From contig CAMBQF010000001.1 in assembly GCA_945869825.1 (NCBI GenBank), forward strand, positions 18,372 through 82,371: 64,000 nt of DNA, in the 5' to 3' direction. This DNA is from Chitinophaga pinensis (GTDB lineage: Bacteria; Bacteroidota; Bacteroidia; CAMBQF01). The first letter of the stretch is position 1. Every line of letters begins with the position of its first letter. Positions 18,968 to 28,766 of the stretch are shown in pieces. Below the pieces are notes generated by a model. It had not been told where the DNA came from and searched no databases. It saw only the letters and a list, made by a program, of their open reading frames with translations. Both the position numbers and the translations under genes were made by a program.

Positions 18968-19900
18968 ATGAAGAAGATTTTACTATCAATATTTACCGGC
19001 ATTGCCAGTGTTGCTATAGCCCAACCGCCTGCCGACACAACGAATAAAGCTGTTGATTTTGACTCGTTGTTAAACATGGTTGAAGATAGCCAGCCAAAGG
19101 AAAAGCCATTGGTAACAGCTACGTTCAAATCGTCAAGAATAATAAACGGACACTCTGTTGAGTTGGCAAAACCAAAGCATTTAGAGTTCCGTCTATCTCA
19201 CCGTTTTAGCAGCGTGCGCGATGGGCTGGATGGTTTTTTTGGCCTTGATAATGCCAGCACCCGTATAGCCTTGGAATATGGCATAAACGACTTTATGATG
19301 GTTGGCCTGGGTCGTAGTGGTGCCTATAGCAAATCTGTAGATGCATTTTACAAAGCCAAGGTGTTGCGCCAACGCGAAGGCGGTATGCCTATAACGCTTA
19401 CCTTGTTTGGATCGGCGGTGATAAGTACCATAAAAAATAATATCCCTGACTACCGTTTCGACTCGAGGCTAACCTATACCGTACAGGCTATAATTGCATC
19501 AAAAATAAGCGAGAAGCTATCGTTGCAACTATCGCCAACCCTGGTACACCGCAACCTGGTACCCACGGCAGTTTACCCTAACGATTTGATTGCTATTGGT
19601 GTTGGGGGCCGCTTAAAACTATCGCGCAGAATATCATTAAATGCTGAGTACTTTTACCGTGTATTATCATCAGACTACCGCAAGGTAGACCCATACCATA
19701 ACGCACTTGCTATAGGGTTTGATTTTGATACCGGCGGCCATATTTTCTCGCTGCACTTTACCAACTCGCGTCCGCAGATAGAGCCCGGCTTTATTGGCGA
19801 AACCAGCTACAACTGGCTTAAGGGCGACTTTAGCTTTGGCTTTAACATTACCCGCCAGTTTTATTTGGGTAAAAAGAGCAAAGCGCCGCAAGGCTGGTAG
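18968..19900 (+). CDS. outer-membrane beta-barrel protein (hypothetical), co-oriented 5 nt downstream of heme-motif lipoprotein
   Basis: Signal peptide MKKILLSIFTGIASVAIAQ; beta-strand periodicity. Confidence 0.45.
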   Translation: MKKILLSIFTGIASVAIAQPPADTTNKAVDFDSLLNMVEDSQPKEKPLVTATFKSSRIINGHSVELAKPKHLEFRLSHRFSSVRDGLDGFFGLDNASTRIALEYGINDFMMVGLGRSGAYSKSVDAFYKAKVLRQREGGMPITLTLFGSAVISTIKNNIPDYRFDSRLTYTVQAIIASKISEKLSLQLSPTLVHRNLVPTAVYPNDLIAIGVGGRLKLSRRISLNAEYFYRVLSSDYRKVDPYHNALAIGFDFDTGGHIFSLHFTNSRPQIEPGFIGETSYNWLKGDFSFGFNITRQFYLGKKSKAPQGW

Positions 19901-19946
19901 TTACCCCACCCCCTAAAGAGTAAAAATTTGTGTACCTTTAGGTACC

Positions 19947-20813
19947 ATGAAACAGCTCTTACTAATCCTTTTTGGCATTAGCGCATTGGGTGCTTTTGCG
20001 CAGCCCGATACTACAGAGATAAAGAAACTGAAGTACACCAACGTTAAGTTTTATTTAGGGCAGAAGAAGATATTAAAGAACGTACTATCGTACGATATGT
20101 GGTCCATTGGCAAGCTGGATATTTACCCGCCTGTTGCAGACAGCCTGGCTAATTTTTTATTACTGAGAAAGAACATAGTTATTGAGCTGGGCGGCCATAG
20201 CGATTGTGCTAATGCCAAAGAGCCGGGTACAAATGCTGCCAAAGCGGTTAAAGACTACCTGCTAACCAAAGGCGTGCCGGCCGACCGTATACAAACCCGT
20301 GGATATGGAAACGCACTACCTTTAGTAAAATGCCCAGGGGCGGGCGAACCTACAAGTGATACGTATGCAAACCGCCGTGTAGAGGCGCGTATTGTAAACT
20401 TTGTAAAGCCCAATTTTACCTATCAGGATAGCGTTTTGCATAGTGGGCAGGTGATGGTGTTGCGTGATATGCTTTCGTTATTAGTGACAAAAAACAGTTC
20501 GCGAACACACATATTGGAATCAAAGGCAGATACTCTGGCGGTTTTTTTAAATATCTATAAGGGTATTAAAATAGAGGTCGGGGTTCATACGAGTACCGAC
20601 GGGCCGGACGATGTAAACAAAAGGGTTTCTGAAGCAGATGCCAAACTAATTGCCGACTACCTTATTTCTAAAGGAGTTTCCTCAAATAGGGTTGTTCCCG
20701 TTGGCTATGGAGAATCTATGCCAATGGTGCCATGCCCTTCCGATATAAAATGCACCGAAGAACAGCACAATAAAAACCGCAGGGTAGAGTTTAAAATACT
20801 AAGTACTGAGTGA
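19947..20813 (+). CDS. OmpA-family protein with two OmpA-like (peptidoglycan-associating) domains
   Basis: Two copies of OmpA C-terminal signature (NRRVEARIV; NRRVEFKIL), signal peptide. Confidence 0.55.
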   Translation: MKQLLLILFGISALGAFAQPDTTEIKKLKYTNVKFYLGQKKILKNVLSYDMWSIGKLDIYPPVADSLANFLLLRKNIVIELGGHSDCANAKEPGTNAAKAVKDYLLTKGVPADRIQTRGYGNALPLVKCPGAGEPTSDTYANRRVEARIVNFVKPNFTYQDSVLHSGQVMVLRDMLSLLVTKNSSRTHILESKADTLAVFLNIYKGIKIEVGVHTSTDGPDDVNKRVSEADAKLIADYLISKGVSSNRVVPVGYGESMPMVPCPSDIKCTEEQHNKNRRVEFKILSTE

Positions 20814-21560
20814 TTTTTCCACCGCATGGCTTTTGTGTGGCAGAGCCAGTATAGCCTGCATATACAAGCCCATGTAATAAGCCCCTATACCACTGGCTAC
20901 ATGCCATAAAAAGTGGGTGCCCATGGGCAGAATAGCTGTAACGTCTTTATCAATGGTGCGGAATACCAACGCAGCAATCATTAACCCAATGGCTAAAAAA
21001 AGGTAAGTGCTTTTGTATAATCTGCTTTGTACTAAAAAAATAAGGCAGGGGAGGAATATTGTTAAGCCAGCAATAAAGTAAGATATATTGATTATAGCCT
21101 GATTGGTAAGCCGGAAGTACTCTTGCTGCCAGTAGGGTATTGCACGCAGGGCCATTAAGCCCAAAAGCACTATAGATGCTAAGGTCCAGCTTTTTAGCAC
21201 CTTTTGCCAAAACAAAAGGGCTATGGCTAATGATACAATGATAATGGGCATAAAGTCCATAAACACCAGCCAGTATGATGTGCGCAAGCCGTGAAACAAC
21301 GTACTGCCCAACCCGCCAACCAATAGCATAGTAGCACAGAAATAAATAAAAGCTGCGCCTTTATCGCTGCGCTTGGTTTTAAAAAAGAAAAGAAAACCTG
21401 CACCGGCTATAAATAGCGATGATAGAGAGTTCCAGGGCTCGTAAAAAGGTGGGTGGCCGGTTAGCGTTTCGGCATACACAGGGCCATTATCTAAAATCTG
21501 TAATAACATAGTAGTATGCCTTTTAACCAAAAACTGTGCTAATTGTTTGTATAATTGCAA
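20799..21560 (-). CDS. polytopic membrane protein, possibly ceramidase/PAQR-like 7TM hydrolase family
   Basis: EPWNSLSSLF and HFLWH motifs reminiscent of alkaline ceramidase family; ~7 predicted TM segments. Confidence 0.35.
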   Translation of the reverse strand: MQLYKQLAQFLVKRHTTMLLQILDNGPVYAETLTGHPPFYEPWNSLSSLFIAGAGFLFFFKTKRSDKGAAFIYFCATMLLVGGLGSTLFHGLRTSYWLVFMDFMPIIIVSLAIALLFWQKVLKSWTLASIVLLGLMALRAIPYWQQEYFRLTNQAIINISYFIAGLTIFLPCLIFLVQSRLYKSTYLFLAIGLMIAALVFRTIDKDVTAILPMGTHFLWHVASGIGAYYMGLYMQAILALPHKSHAVEKSLST

Positions 21561-21963
21561 TATGAAGTATGTAAAGCCATTACCGTTACTTATTGCATTG
21601 CTTGGTATTGTTTTGGCTTCGCACCTTATAGGCGCATTGGTTAAAATACAACATTGGGTAAAAATAGATAACCTGCTATTCTACAACACTATTCTGCTAA
21701 CTGTTTTGTTTGTTGCTATCTCATTTCTTAGTTCTTACTCTAAAGCTAAACTGCTCTTAAGTAAGCCCTATGCCGCAATGCCCCGTATGCTAAAACGCAT
21801 ATTAAGGGCGGTAATAGCCATTACTATTGTAGGGGCATTATTTAAAATAATGCATTGGAAAGGAGCAGATATGAGCCTTATAATAGGCCTGACATCAGCA
21901 GCCATAGTAATGCTACTTTGGGCAATATGGATAGCTGACAAGGTAAAAAAGATAGACGGGTAA
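21547..21963 (+). CDS. hypothetical membrane protein with internally duplicated 2-TM module
   Basis: Repeats ...ALVKIQHWVKIDN... and ...ALFKIMHWKGADM... each flanked by TM helices. Confidence 0.35.
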   Translation: MYNCNMKYVKPLPLLIALLGIVLASHLIGALVKIQHWVKIDNLLFYNTILLTVLFVAISFLSSYSKAKLLLSKPYAAMPRMLKRILRAVIAITIVGALFKIMHWKGADMSLIIGLTSAAIVMLLWAIWIADKVKKIDG

Positions 21964-22656
21964 TTACGCAGTAACCAACTGCAAAATGCTCTCGAATATA
22001 GCGCGGCCATCGGTGTTGCTAAGCTCTTCGTCAGCGGCACGCTCGGGGTGGGGCATCATACCAAATACATTTTTGCCTGCATTGCACACACCGGCAATAT
22101 TGTCTAACGCACCGTTAGGGTTGCTCTCGGGGGTAATATTACCAGCTGCATCGCAGTAGCGAAAAAGCACCTGCCCATTGTCGTTCAGACGTTTTAGCTC
22201 ATCATTACTAGTGTAAAAACGGCCTTCGCCATGGGCAATAGGTATTTTAAGGGCCTTATCAGGATTCAAACCACGGGTTACCAAGGTGTCCGTGCTTTGC
22301 GGTTTCATGTATATATTTTTGCAAATAAACTTATGGCTGGCATTGTGTAATAAGGCACCGGGGGTAAGGCCTGCTTCGCATAAAATCTGGAAACCGTTGC
22401 AAACACCCATCAAGTAACCTCCACGGTTAGCGTGGTTTATCACCTCATTCATAATAGGCGAAAAACGGGCAATAGCGCCCGAACGTAAATAATCGCCGTA
22501 CGAAAACCCTCCGGGCAGCACTATAAAATCGCAGCCTTTAAGGTCGTGGTCTTTATGCCATAAGCGCTCTACTTTTTGCCCCATAAGGGTTTCAAGCACA
22601 TAAATCATGTCGTGGTCGCAATTAGAGCCGGGGAATGTTACAACGCCAAATTTCAT
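21964..22656 (-). CDS. purQ: phosphoribosylformylglycinamidine synthase subunit PurQ (glutaminase)
   Basis: MKFGVVTFPGSNCDHD...GVCNGFQIL class-I amidotransferase motifs; ~230 aa. Confidence 0.85.
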   Translation of the reverse strand: MKFGVVTFPGSNCDHDMIYVLETLMGQKVERLWHKDHDLKGCDFIVLPGGFSYGDYLRSGAIARFSPIMNEVINHANRGGYLMGVCNGFQILCEAGLTPGALLHNASHKFICKNIYMKPQSTDTLVTRGLNPDKALKIPIAHGEGRFYTSNDELKRLNDNGQVLFRYCDAAGNITPESNPNGALDNIAGVCNAGKNVFGMMPHPERAADEELSNTDGRAIFESILQLVTA

Positions 22657-22735
22657 AATGCAAAGATACAAAATTTAGCCCTTTTCCGCAGCCATAAACA
22701 GCAATATTATGCAGGCTTTGCTGTTTTAACTATAC

Positions 22736-24076
22736 TTGCAAAACCAATTGCCACACAATCAAGACATGAAGATAAAGTCGTTGCCGGGAGTTAAGTTTAG
22801 TTTGATGGCAATTACTGTTATTCTGCTTTACATTTTTACCAATATACGTGCGGGCCAGGCTGGCGACTGGCGCAATACCATACATAACGACGCCAAAGGC
22901 TACTACGCATACCTGCCCGGCGTTTTTATTTACCAGCAACTCAATTTCAACTTTTTTGTATATGCCGACAGCGCACTGCAACTAAACAAAAGCATTTGCG
23001 ACTATAGATTTACTGTTGCCCCGGGTCAAAGGGTTAATAAATACTACGCCGGCACTGCTGTTGCCCAAATACCCTTTTTTATTGTTGCCCACCTGTATGC
23101 CCTTGCCGACCCTGAAACCCGCGCTGACGGTTACTCTTACCCCTATATGTATGGTATTGGCCTTGCTGCCATTTTTTACTGCATACTCGGATTGTTTTAC
23201 CTTGATAAAATACTGCAACACTACAACATAAGCACTGCCAACCGCATTATTACCCTTTGGGCCACCGCATTTGGCACCAATGTGTTTGCCTATACCATAG
23301 CAGAGCCGGGCATGTCGCACGTGTACTCTTTTGCCTTTGTAGCCATATTTGCATACCACCTGCTGCAATGGTTTAAAAACTATGGCACGTTCAACCTTTT
23401 GTATGCCGCTGCCGCATTGGGTATAATACTGCTTATACGCCCTGTAAACATAATAGTAATATTCTTTATCCCCTTTTTGGCGGGTTCTGCAAACAACCTT
23501 ACAACAGCAGCAAAGCTCTGGGCAGCAAACCCGCGCGCCATTGGTATTACCCTCTTACTTCCATTGGCTATCATATCTATACAAATGGTGCTATACGGAA
23601 TTTCAACCAATAATTTTTTTATATACTCTTATGGTAACGAGGGCTTCAACTTTCTCAACCCTAAGGTTTTTGCCATCCTCTTTAGCTATAAAAAAGGGTT
23701 GTTTTTATACACTCCTATAGCATTGGTTGCCCTGTTAGGCACTCTCGTATTTGCCAGGCAAAGTCTGTACAAAGGCCTCAGCTTTTTTATTGCTTTTTCG
23801 GGTATAACCTACGTGCTTTCCTCGTGGTGGTGCTGGTGGTATGGTGGTAGCTTCTCGGGCCGTGCGTTTATAGAGTATTACCCTTTACTTATGATAGGCC
23901 TGGCTACCTTATTAAACACATTGAAAACAAAAATGGCAATTACTGCTGTAATTATTGTTTTACTAACCTTTGTTGCCCAAAACCAGATACAAACATGGCA
24001 ATACAGGCATAGTATATTGCATTGGGACAATATGACGAAAGAGCAGTATTGGCGAACTTTTTTAAAGCTTAAATAA
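22736..24076 (+). CDS. large polytopic membrane protein (possible GT-C-type glycosyltransferase; hypothetical)
   Basis: >10 predicted TM helices; no soluble catalytic domain recognised. Confidence 0.4.
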   Translation: MQNQLPHNQDMKIKSLPGVKFSLMAITVILLYIFTNIRAGQAGDWRNTIHNDAKGYYAYLPGVFIYQQLNFNFFVYADSALQLNKSICDYRFTVAPGQRVNKYYAGTAVAQIPFFIVAHLYALADPETRADGYSYPYMYGIGLAAIFYCILGLFYLDKILQHYNISTANRIITLWATAFGTNVFAYTIAEPGMSHVYSFAFVAIFAYHLLQWFKNYGTFNLLYAAAALGIILLIRPVNIIVIFFIPFLAGSANNLTTAAKLWAANPRAIGITLLLPLAIISIQMVLYGISTNNFFIYSYGNEGFNFLNPKVFAILFSYKKGLFLYTPIALVALLGTLVFARQSLYKGLSFFIAFSGITYVLSSWWCWWYGGSFSGRAFIEYYPLLMIGLATLLNTLKTKMAITAVIIVLLTFVAQNQIQTWQYRHSILHWDNMTKEQYWRTFLKLK

Positions 24077-25091
24077 TGTTCACCTCGCGCTCCAGCTCTA
24101 CCCCAAACTTCTCTTTTACTGATTGCAGCACCTTTTCAGATAAAGCATAAACCTCGTTACCCTTGGCATTGCCGTAGTTTACCAATACTAACGCCTGGTT
24201 TTTATGCACACCGGTATCGCCCTCGCGATAGCCTTTCCAACCACACTGCTCTATCAGCCAACCGGCGGCCAGCTTGTGGCTCTCGCCCGACGGGTATGCC
24301 GGCATATCAGGGTATTGGGCTTTCAGTTCGGCCACCTTTTCAGCACTTACCACAGGGTTTTTAAAAAAGCTGCCCGCATTGCCAATTTGGGCAGGGTCGG
24401 GCAATTTGCTTTGGCGAATATGCACCACCGCATCGCTCACCTCTTTAATGCCCGCATCAGCTTTATCAATGCCCATAGCGTTTAGCTCTGTTTCTATAGC
24501 CCCGTACGATGTGTTTAGCACCGGCTTTTTGCTCAGCTTAAAGCTAACGTGGGTAATAATATACTGGCCCTTTACATCGCGCTTAAAAATACTCTCGCGG
24601 TAGCCAAAGCGGCACTCTTCTTTACCAAATGTGCGGGTTTGCAAAGTCTCAATATGCAAGGCCTCCAGCGATTGGAACGTTTCTTTAATCTCTACCCCAT
24701 ACGCCCCAATATTCTGCATAGGCGCGGCGCCCACACTGCCCGGTATCAGCGACAGGTTTTCTACTCCACCATAGCCGTGCTCAATAGCATACAGCACAAA
24801 TTGGTGCCATGCCTCGCCTGCCCCAACGCGCACAATTACATGCTCATCATTCTCCTCAACTACAGTAAAGCCCTTTATTTTTATATTCAGCACCAGGCCA
24901 TTAAAATCCTGCGTAAGCAGCATGTTGCTACCCCCGCCCATTACCAGCAAGGGCAAGCCTTTTATGGTGGAGTTACTTAAAATCTCTTTTACACCCTCCA
25001 CACTTTCAGCCACCGCATAATATGCTGCCGTAGCCTCTATGCCAAAGGTGTTAAAAGGTTTTAACTGTATGTTTTGTTTTAATTCAATCAT
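24069..25091 (-). CDS. murB: UDP-N-acetylmuramate dehydrogenase (MurB)
   Basis: Start MIELKQN...; FAD-binding PCMH-type domain (LLVMGGGSNMLL). Confidence 0.85.
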   Translation of the reverse strand: MIELKQNIQLKPFNTFGIEATAAYYAVAESVEGVKEILSNSTIKGLPLLVMGGGSNMLLTQDFNGLVLNIKIKGFTVVEENDEHVIVRVGAGEAWHQFVLYAIEHGYGGVENLSLIPGSVGAAPMQNIGAYGVEIKETFQSLEALHIETLQTRTFGKEECRFGYRESIFKRDVKGQYIITHVSFKLSKKPVLNTSYGAIETELNAMGIDKADAGIKEVSDAVVHIRQSKLPDPAQIGNAGSFFKNPVVSAEKVAELKAQYPDMPAYPSGESHKLAAGWLIEQCGWKGYREGDTGVHKNQALVLVNYGNAKGNEVYALSEKVLQSVKEKFGVELEREVNII

Positions 25092-25104
25092 ATTGAAATG
25101 CCTG

Positions 25105-26316
25105 CTATTGCCCCAACTTCGTATCCCACAGTGTTTGGTAAGGGTAACGCTCCATATGCATCCGTTTAGCTTCAATATAAAGCACCTGTTTCAGGTCTTC
25201 TATATTGTCTTTTTCAGTAGCTGATATAAATATCGTAGGACTGTTAAACTTAGCCATATAGCTTTTGCGCAGCTCTTCCAAGGTATAGTTCTCGCGGATG
25301 ATGGGTGTTACCAAATCGGTCTCGTCGCGTTCTACGTGTTGGTAAGCATCAATCTTGTTAAACACCAAAAGCATAGGTTTATCAAGCGCCTTAATGTCTT
25401 TCAGGGTTTGGTTTACAACGCCTATATGCTCTTCAAATGCCGGGTGCGATATATCGACCACATGCATCAAAATATCAGCCTCGCGTACCTCATCCAGGGT
25501 CGATTTAAACGACTCTACCAGGTTGGTGGGCAGCTTACGGATAAACCCTACGGTGTCCGATAGCAGAAAAGGCAAATCCTGTATCACCACCTTGCGTACC
25601 GTGGTGTCTAACGTAGCAAACAGTTTATTCTCGGCAAACACCTCGCTTTTAGCCAGCAGGTTCATCAGGGTAGATTTGCCTACGTTGGTATACCCAACCA
25701 GTGCCACGCGGATAAGCTCGCCGCGGTTTTTACGCTGCGTTTGCATCTGCTTATCAATCAGTTTCAGGCGGTCTTTTAGTAACGATATTTTGTCGCGTAC
25801 AATACGGCGGTCGGTCTCAATCTCTTTCTCGCCGGGGCCTTTCATACCAATACCACCACGTTGTTTTTCTAAGTGGGTCCATAGGCCCGAAAGGCGCGGT
25901 AATAAATATTGGTACTGTGCCAGTTCTACCTGCGTTTTAGCGTGTGCCGTTTGGGCACGGGCAGCAAAAATGTCAAGAATAAGCAATGTCCTGTCCAGCA
26001 CCTTGCACTTAAGCTCGCGCTCAATATTACGTTGCTGCGATGGCGATAGCTCATCATCAAAAATAGCCAGGTCAACCTCGTGTTCCTTTATGTATTCTGC
26101 CACCTGCTGTATCTTGCCCGAACCCATAAAGGTTTTAGAGTCGGGCCTGCTTAGCTTTTGGGTAAAAGTGGCAACAGGGCGTGCCCCTGCCGTCTCGGCT
26201 AAAAAGGCCAGTTCATCTAAATATTCCACCAGCTGTTCGTCGGTCTGCATGCCGGTACTTAAACCAACAAGCACACAGGTTTCGTCTTTTTTAGCTGCGC
26301 TTTTTCTTTCAATCAT
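25105..26316 (-). CDS. hflX: GTPase HflX
   Basis: HflX N-domain plus G-domain (VALVGYTNVGKSTLMN, DTVGF). Confidence 0.85.
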   Translation of the reverse strand: MIERKSAAKKDETCVLVGLSTGMQTDEQLVEYLDELAFLAETAGARPVATFTQKLSRPDSKTFMGSGKIQQVAEYIKEHEVDLAIFDDELSPSQQRNIERELKCKVLDRTLLILDIFAARAQTAHAKTQVELAQYQYLLPRLSGLWTHLEKQRGGIGMKGPGEKEIETDRRIVRDKISLLKDRLKLIDKQMQTQRKNRGELIRVALVGYTNVGKSTLMNLLAKSEVFAENKLFATLDTTVRKVVIQDLPFLLSDTVGFIRKLPTNLVESFKSTLDEVREADILMHVVDISHPAFEEHIGVVNQTLKDIKALDKPMLLVFNKIDAYQHVERDETDLVTPIIRENYTLEELRKSYMAKFNSPTIFISATEKDNIEDLKQVLYIEAKRMHMERYPYQTLWDTKLGQ

Positions 26317-26993
26317 TATTTTTTCAAACTCAGCACAAACTCAGCAAGGGCATCGTATTCTGCAGGCTGTAAGCTGCCGTAGGGGGGCATTTTACCACCG
26401 TTTTGCCCGTTTTTAATAGCCGATTTTATTCCTTCTTTATCAAGGGTTGTTATACTTAAATCTTTGGCGCCACCTATCATGGCTTTGCCGTCTGCCCCAT
26501 GGCAGCTTTTGCAGGGTACCCCGCTAATGTTGTTGTATACATATTCGCCGTGTTTAACAGCATTGTAGCCGGCAGCGGCAGGGTCTGTAACAACGTCACG
26601 TGTTGCTTCAACAGTTGCCTTTAGGGCTGCTTTCTTTTTGTTAGCCTTGTTCATTTCGGCAAGGCCGTATGCGCCAATAATAAAAAGCAGCGCGGTAACA
26701 GCCATGGCTTTGTTGCTCTTTTTAAAACCTATAATGGCTATAGGAATAGACAATGCAACCAGCGTAAACTTAATTATTTGCAATGTGCTTGGGCTGCCTT
26801 TTTCTACCATTAACCAGACGCCCGTAAATAAAAATAAAACGCTGATTATCATTTCAAGAACCTTAGTGCCGGCGGTATATTTTTTAAGCGCTTCGGGCTT
26901 GTTTATCAGTAGTAAAAACGTTTTTATAACGTAGTGTAATAAAAAGATAATTACGGCAACCTTATGGGTAGGAAGGAGTAATGATTGTATCAT
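26316..26993 (-). CDS. membrane-anchored class I c-type cytochrome
   Basis: N-terminal TM helices then CKSCH heme motif and downstream MPPY Met ligand region. Confidence 0.6.
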   Translation of the reverse strand: MIQSLLLPTHKVAVIIFLLHYVIKTFLLLINKPEALKKYTAGTKVLEMIISVLFLFTGVWLMVEKGSPSTLQIIKFTLVALSIPIAIIGFKKSNKAMAVTALLFIIGAYGLAEMNKANKKKAALKATVEATRDVVTDPAAAGYNAVKHGEYVYNNISGVPCKSCHGADGKAMIGGAKDLSITTLDKEGIKSAIKNGQNGGKMPPYGSLQPAEYDALAEFVLSLKK

Positions 26994-27237
26994 AATAGTA
27001 TAATCTGTTGTTGTTGGGCAAAGATAACTGTTTTAAAGGATAAAAGGTTTTACAATGTCTGCCGACGGCGTTCATTTCTTTGCTTGTCCAAAGAAACGAA
27101 CCAAAGAAAAGACACCACGCGCACCAACCTTCATTTTTTAAGCCGCCCCACCGCGGGTCCCAGCGCACAGCCCTGCGGCTAAAAATTCAGGCTCGCACAG
27201 CGCGTGGACAGCCCACCGCACTCTTTAGAGAAGATTA

Positions 27238-27702
27238 TTAGTTGCGAACAAAAGCAACCAATAGTTTCAATTTATAAAACAGGTTAGAAAACTGCAATGG
27301 CACATTCATGGTGGTAATGCCCTCCAGCGTTCCATTCATTTTTTTAAGGCCTTTCAACTCTTCTATTTTATCGGCAATGTTGATGAAAAGCCACTCGCAG
27401 TCTTCGCCAATGTAGCGTTTGTTGCGGGGGTCTTTAATGTGGCTTTCTTTTATTTTGCCTGGCTTTATTGTGCTGAAGATAAACGCCGCTTCGCGGGCTT
27501 TGGTAATACGTTGGTTAGATAGTACCTCTATCAGCTGGTCGTACGTAGCCTTGGTTTTATAGGCGTTTTGAAACTGCTTCAGGTTTAACTCAACCTCGCT
27601 AAGCAACAGCTTTTTGGTAGCATTGCTCTTGGTTACCAGCCCGCCAATATCTTTAAAAAGGCCTGAAACCTCTTTAACAGCAGCAAACCAGGTGATAGCC
27701 AT
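27238..27702 (-). CDS. hypothetical protein
   Basis: ORF only, 154 aa, no recognisable motif. Confidence 0.35.
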   Translation of the reverse strand: MAITWFAAVKEVSGLFKDIGGLVTKSNATKKLLLSEVELNLKQFQNAYKTKATYDQLIEVLSNQRITKAREAAFIFSTIKPGKIKESHIKDPRNKRYIGEDCEWLFINIADKIEELKGLKKMNGTLEGITTMNVPLQFSNLFYKLKLLVAFVRN

Positions 27703-27714
27703 AGGTGGAGATTA

Positions 27715-28743
27715 TTACAACAGGGCGCTTTTAAACTGGCCTAAAAAGCGTACATCGTTTTCCGAATACAGGCGCAAGTCTTTTACCTGGAATTTAAGCT
27801 GGGCTATACGCTCCACACCCATACCAAAGGCAAAACCGCTGTATTTTTTACTGTCTATATCGCAATTTTCTAACACGGCAGGGTCTACCATGCCGCAGCC
27901 CAAAATCTCTACCCAGCCGCTGTATTTGCATATGTTGCAGCCCTTGCCGCCACAAATGGTGCACGATATATCCATCTCGGCACTAGGCTCAGTAAACGGA
28001 AAGTACGATGGGCGTAAACGGATTTTAGTCTCCTCGCCAAACATCTCTTTGGCAAAGTATAGCAGCGTTTGCTTAAGGTCGGCAAACGATACATTTTCAT
28101 CAATATACAACCCCTCTACCTGGTGGAAAAAGCAATGCGCACGGGCCGAAATTGCTTCGTTGCGGTACACCCTGCCCGGCATAATAGCACGGATGGGTGG
28201 CTTTTGGGTTTGCATTATTTTTACCTGCACGGTTGATGTATGCGTGCGTAGCAGCATTTTCTCTTCACCTTCAACAAAAAAGGTATCCTGCATATCACGC
28301 GCAGGGTGCTCTTCGGCAAAATTAAGTGCCGTAAAGTTGTGCCAGTCGTCAACAATTTCGGGGCCTTCTTCTACCGTAAAACCAATATGCGAGAATATCT
28401 CTGAAATACGGTTAAGGATGATAGAAAGCGGGTGCCTTGCGCCGGGCGCAATAGGGTCGGCGGGGCGACTAAGGTCTAAGCCTGCGCCCACGGTACCACC
28501 GGTAGCTTCTACAGCCTCTTTAAGGGCGTTTATCTTTTCGGTAGCCTTGTTTTTAAGCTGATTAAGGTGCTGGCCAACCTCGCGTTTTACTTCGGGGGCA
28601 ACCGTCTTAAACTCATCAAACAAAACCGATATTGAGCCTTTTTTTGATAAATATTTTATGCGTAATTCCTCAGCCTGTTCAGCGGTTTGGGCTGCCAGGG
28701 TATCAATCTCTGCCAATAACTGGTCAATCTTCTCTTTCATCAC
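27715..28743 (-). CDS. pheS: phenylalanine--tRNA ligase alpha subunit
   Basis: Class II aaRS motifs (FRPSYFPFTEPSAEMD, GMGVERIA). Confidence 0.9.
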   Translation of the reverse strand: MMKEKIDQLLAEIDTLAAQTAEQAEELRIKYLSKKGSISVLFDEFKTVAPEVKREVGQHLNQLKNKATEKINALKEAVEATGGTVGAGLDLSRPADPIAPGARHPLSIILNRISEIFSHIGFTVEEGPEIVDDWHNFTALNFAEEHPARDMQDTFFVEGEEKMLLRTHTSTVQVKIMQTQKPPIRAIMPGRVYRNEAISARAHCFFHQVEGLYIDENVSFADLKQTLLYFAKEMFGEETKIRLRPSYFPFTEPSAEMDISCTICGGKGCNICKYSGWVEILGCGMVDPAVLENCDIDSKKYSGFAFGMGVERIAQLKFQVKDLRLYSENDVRFLGQFKSALL

Positions 28744-28766
28744 TCAAACGCCCTGTTGGGCCAACA

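Noticed and set aside
25355-26416. 353-aa plus-strand ORF
   Set aside because: It lies entirely antisense to hflX, whose identity is clear. Ser/Arg-rich low-complexity translation is typical of an antisense frame of a well-conserved gene.
27614-28561. 315-aa plus-strand ORF
   Set aside because: It is antisense to pheS and gives a low-complexity, Ser/Pro-rich product.
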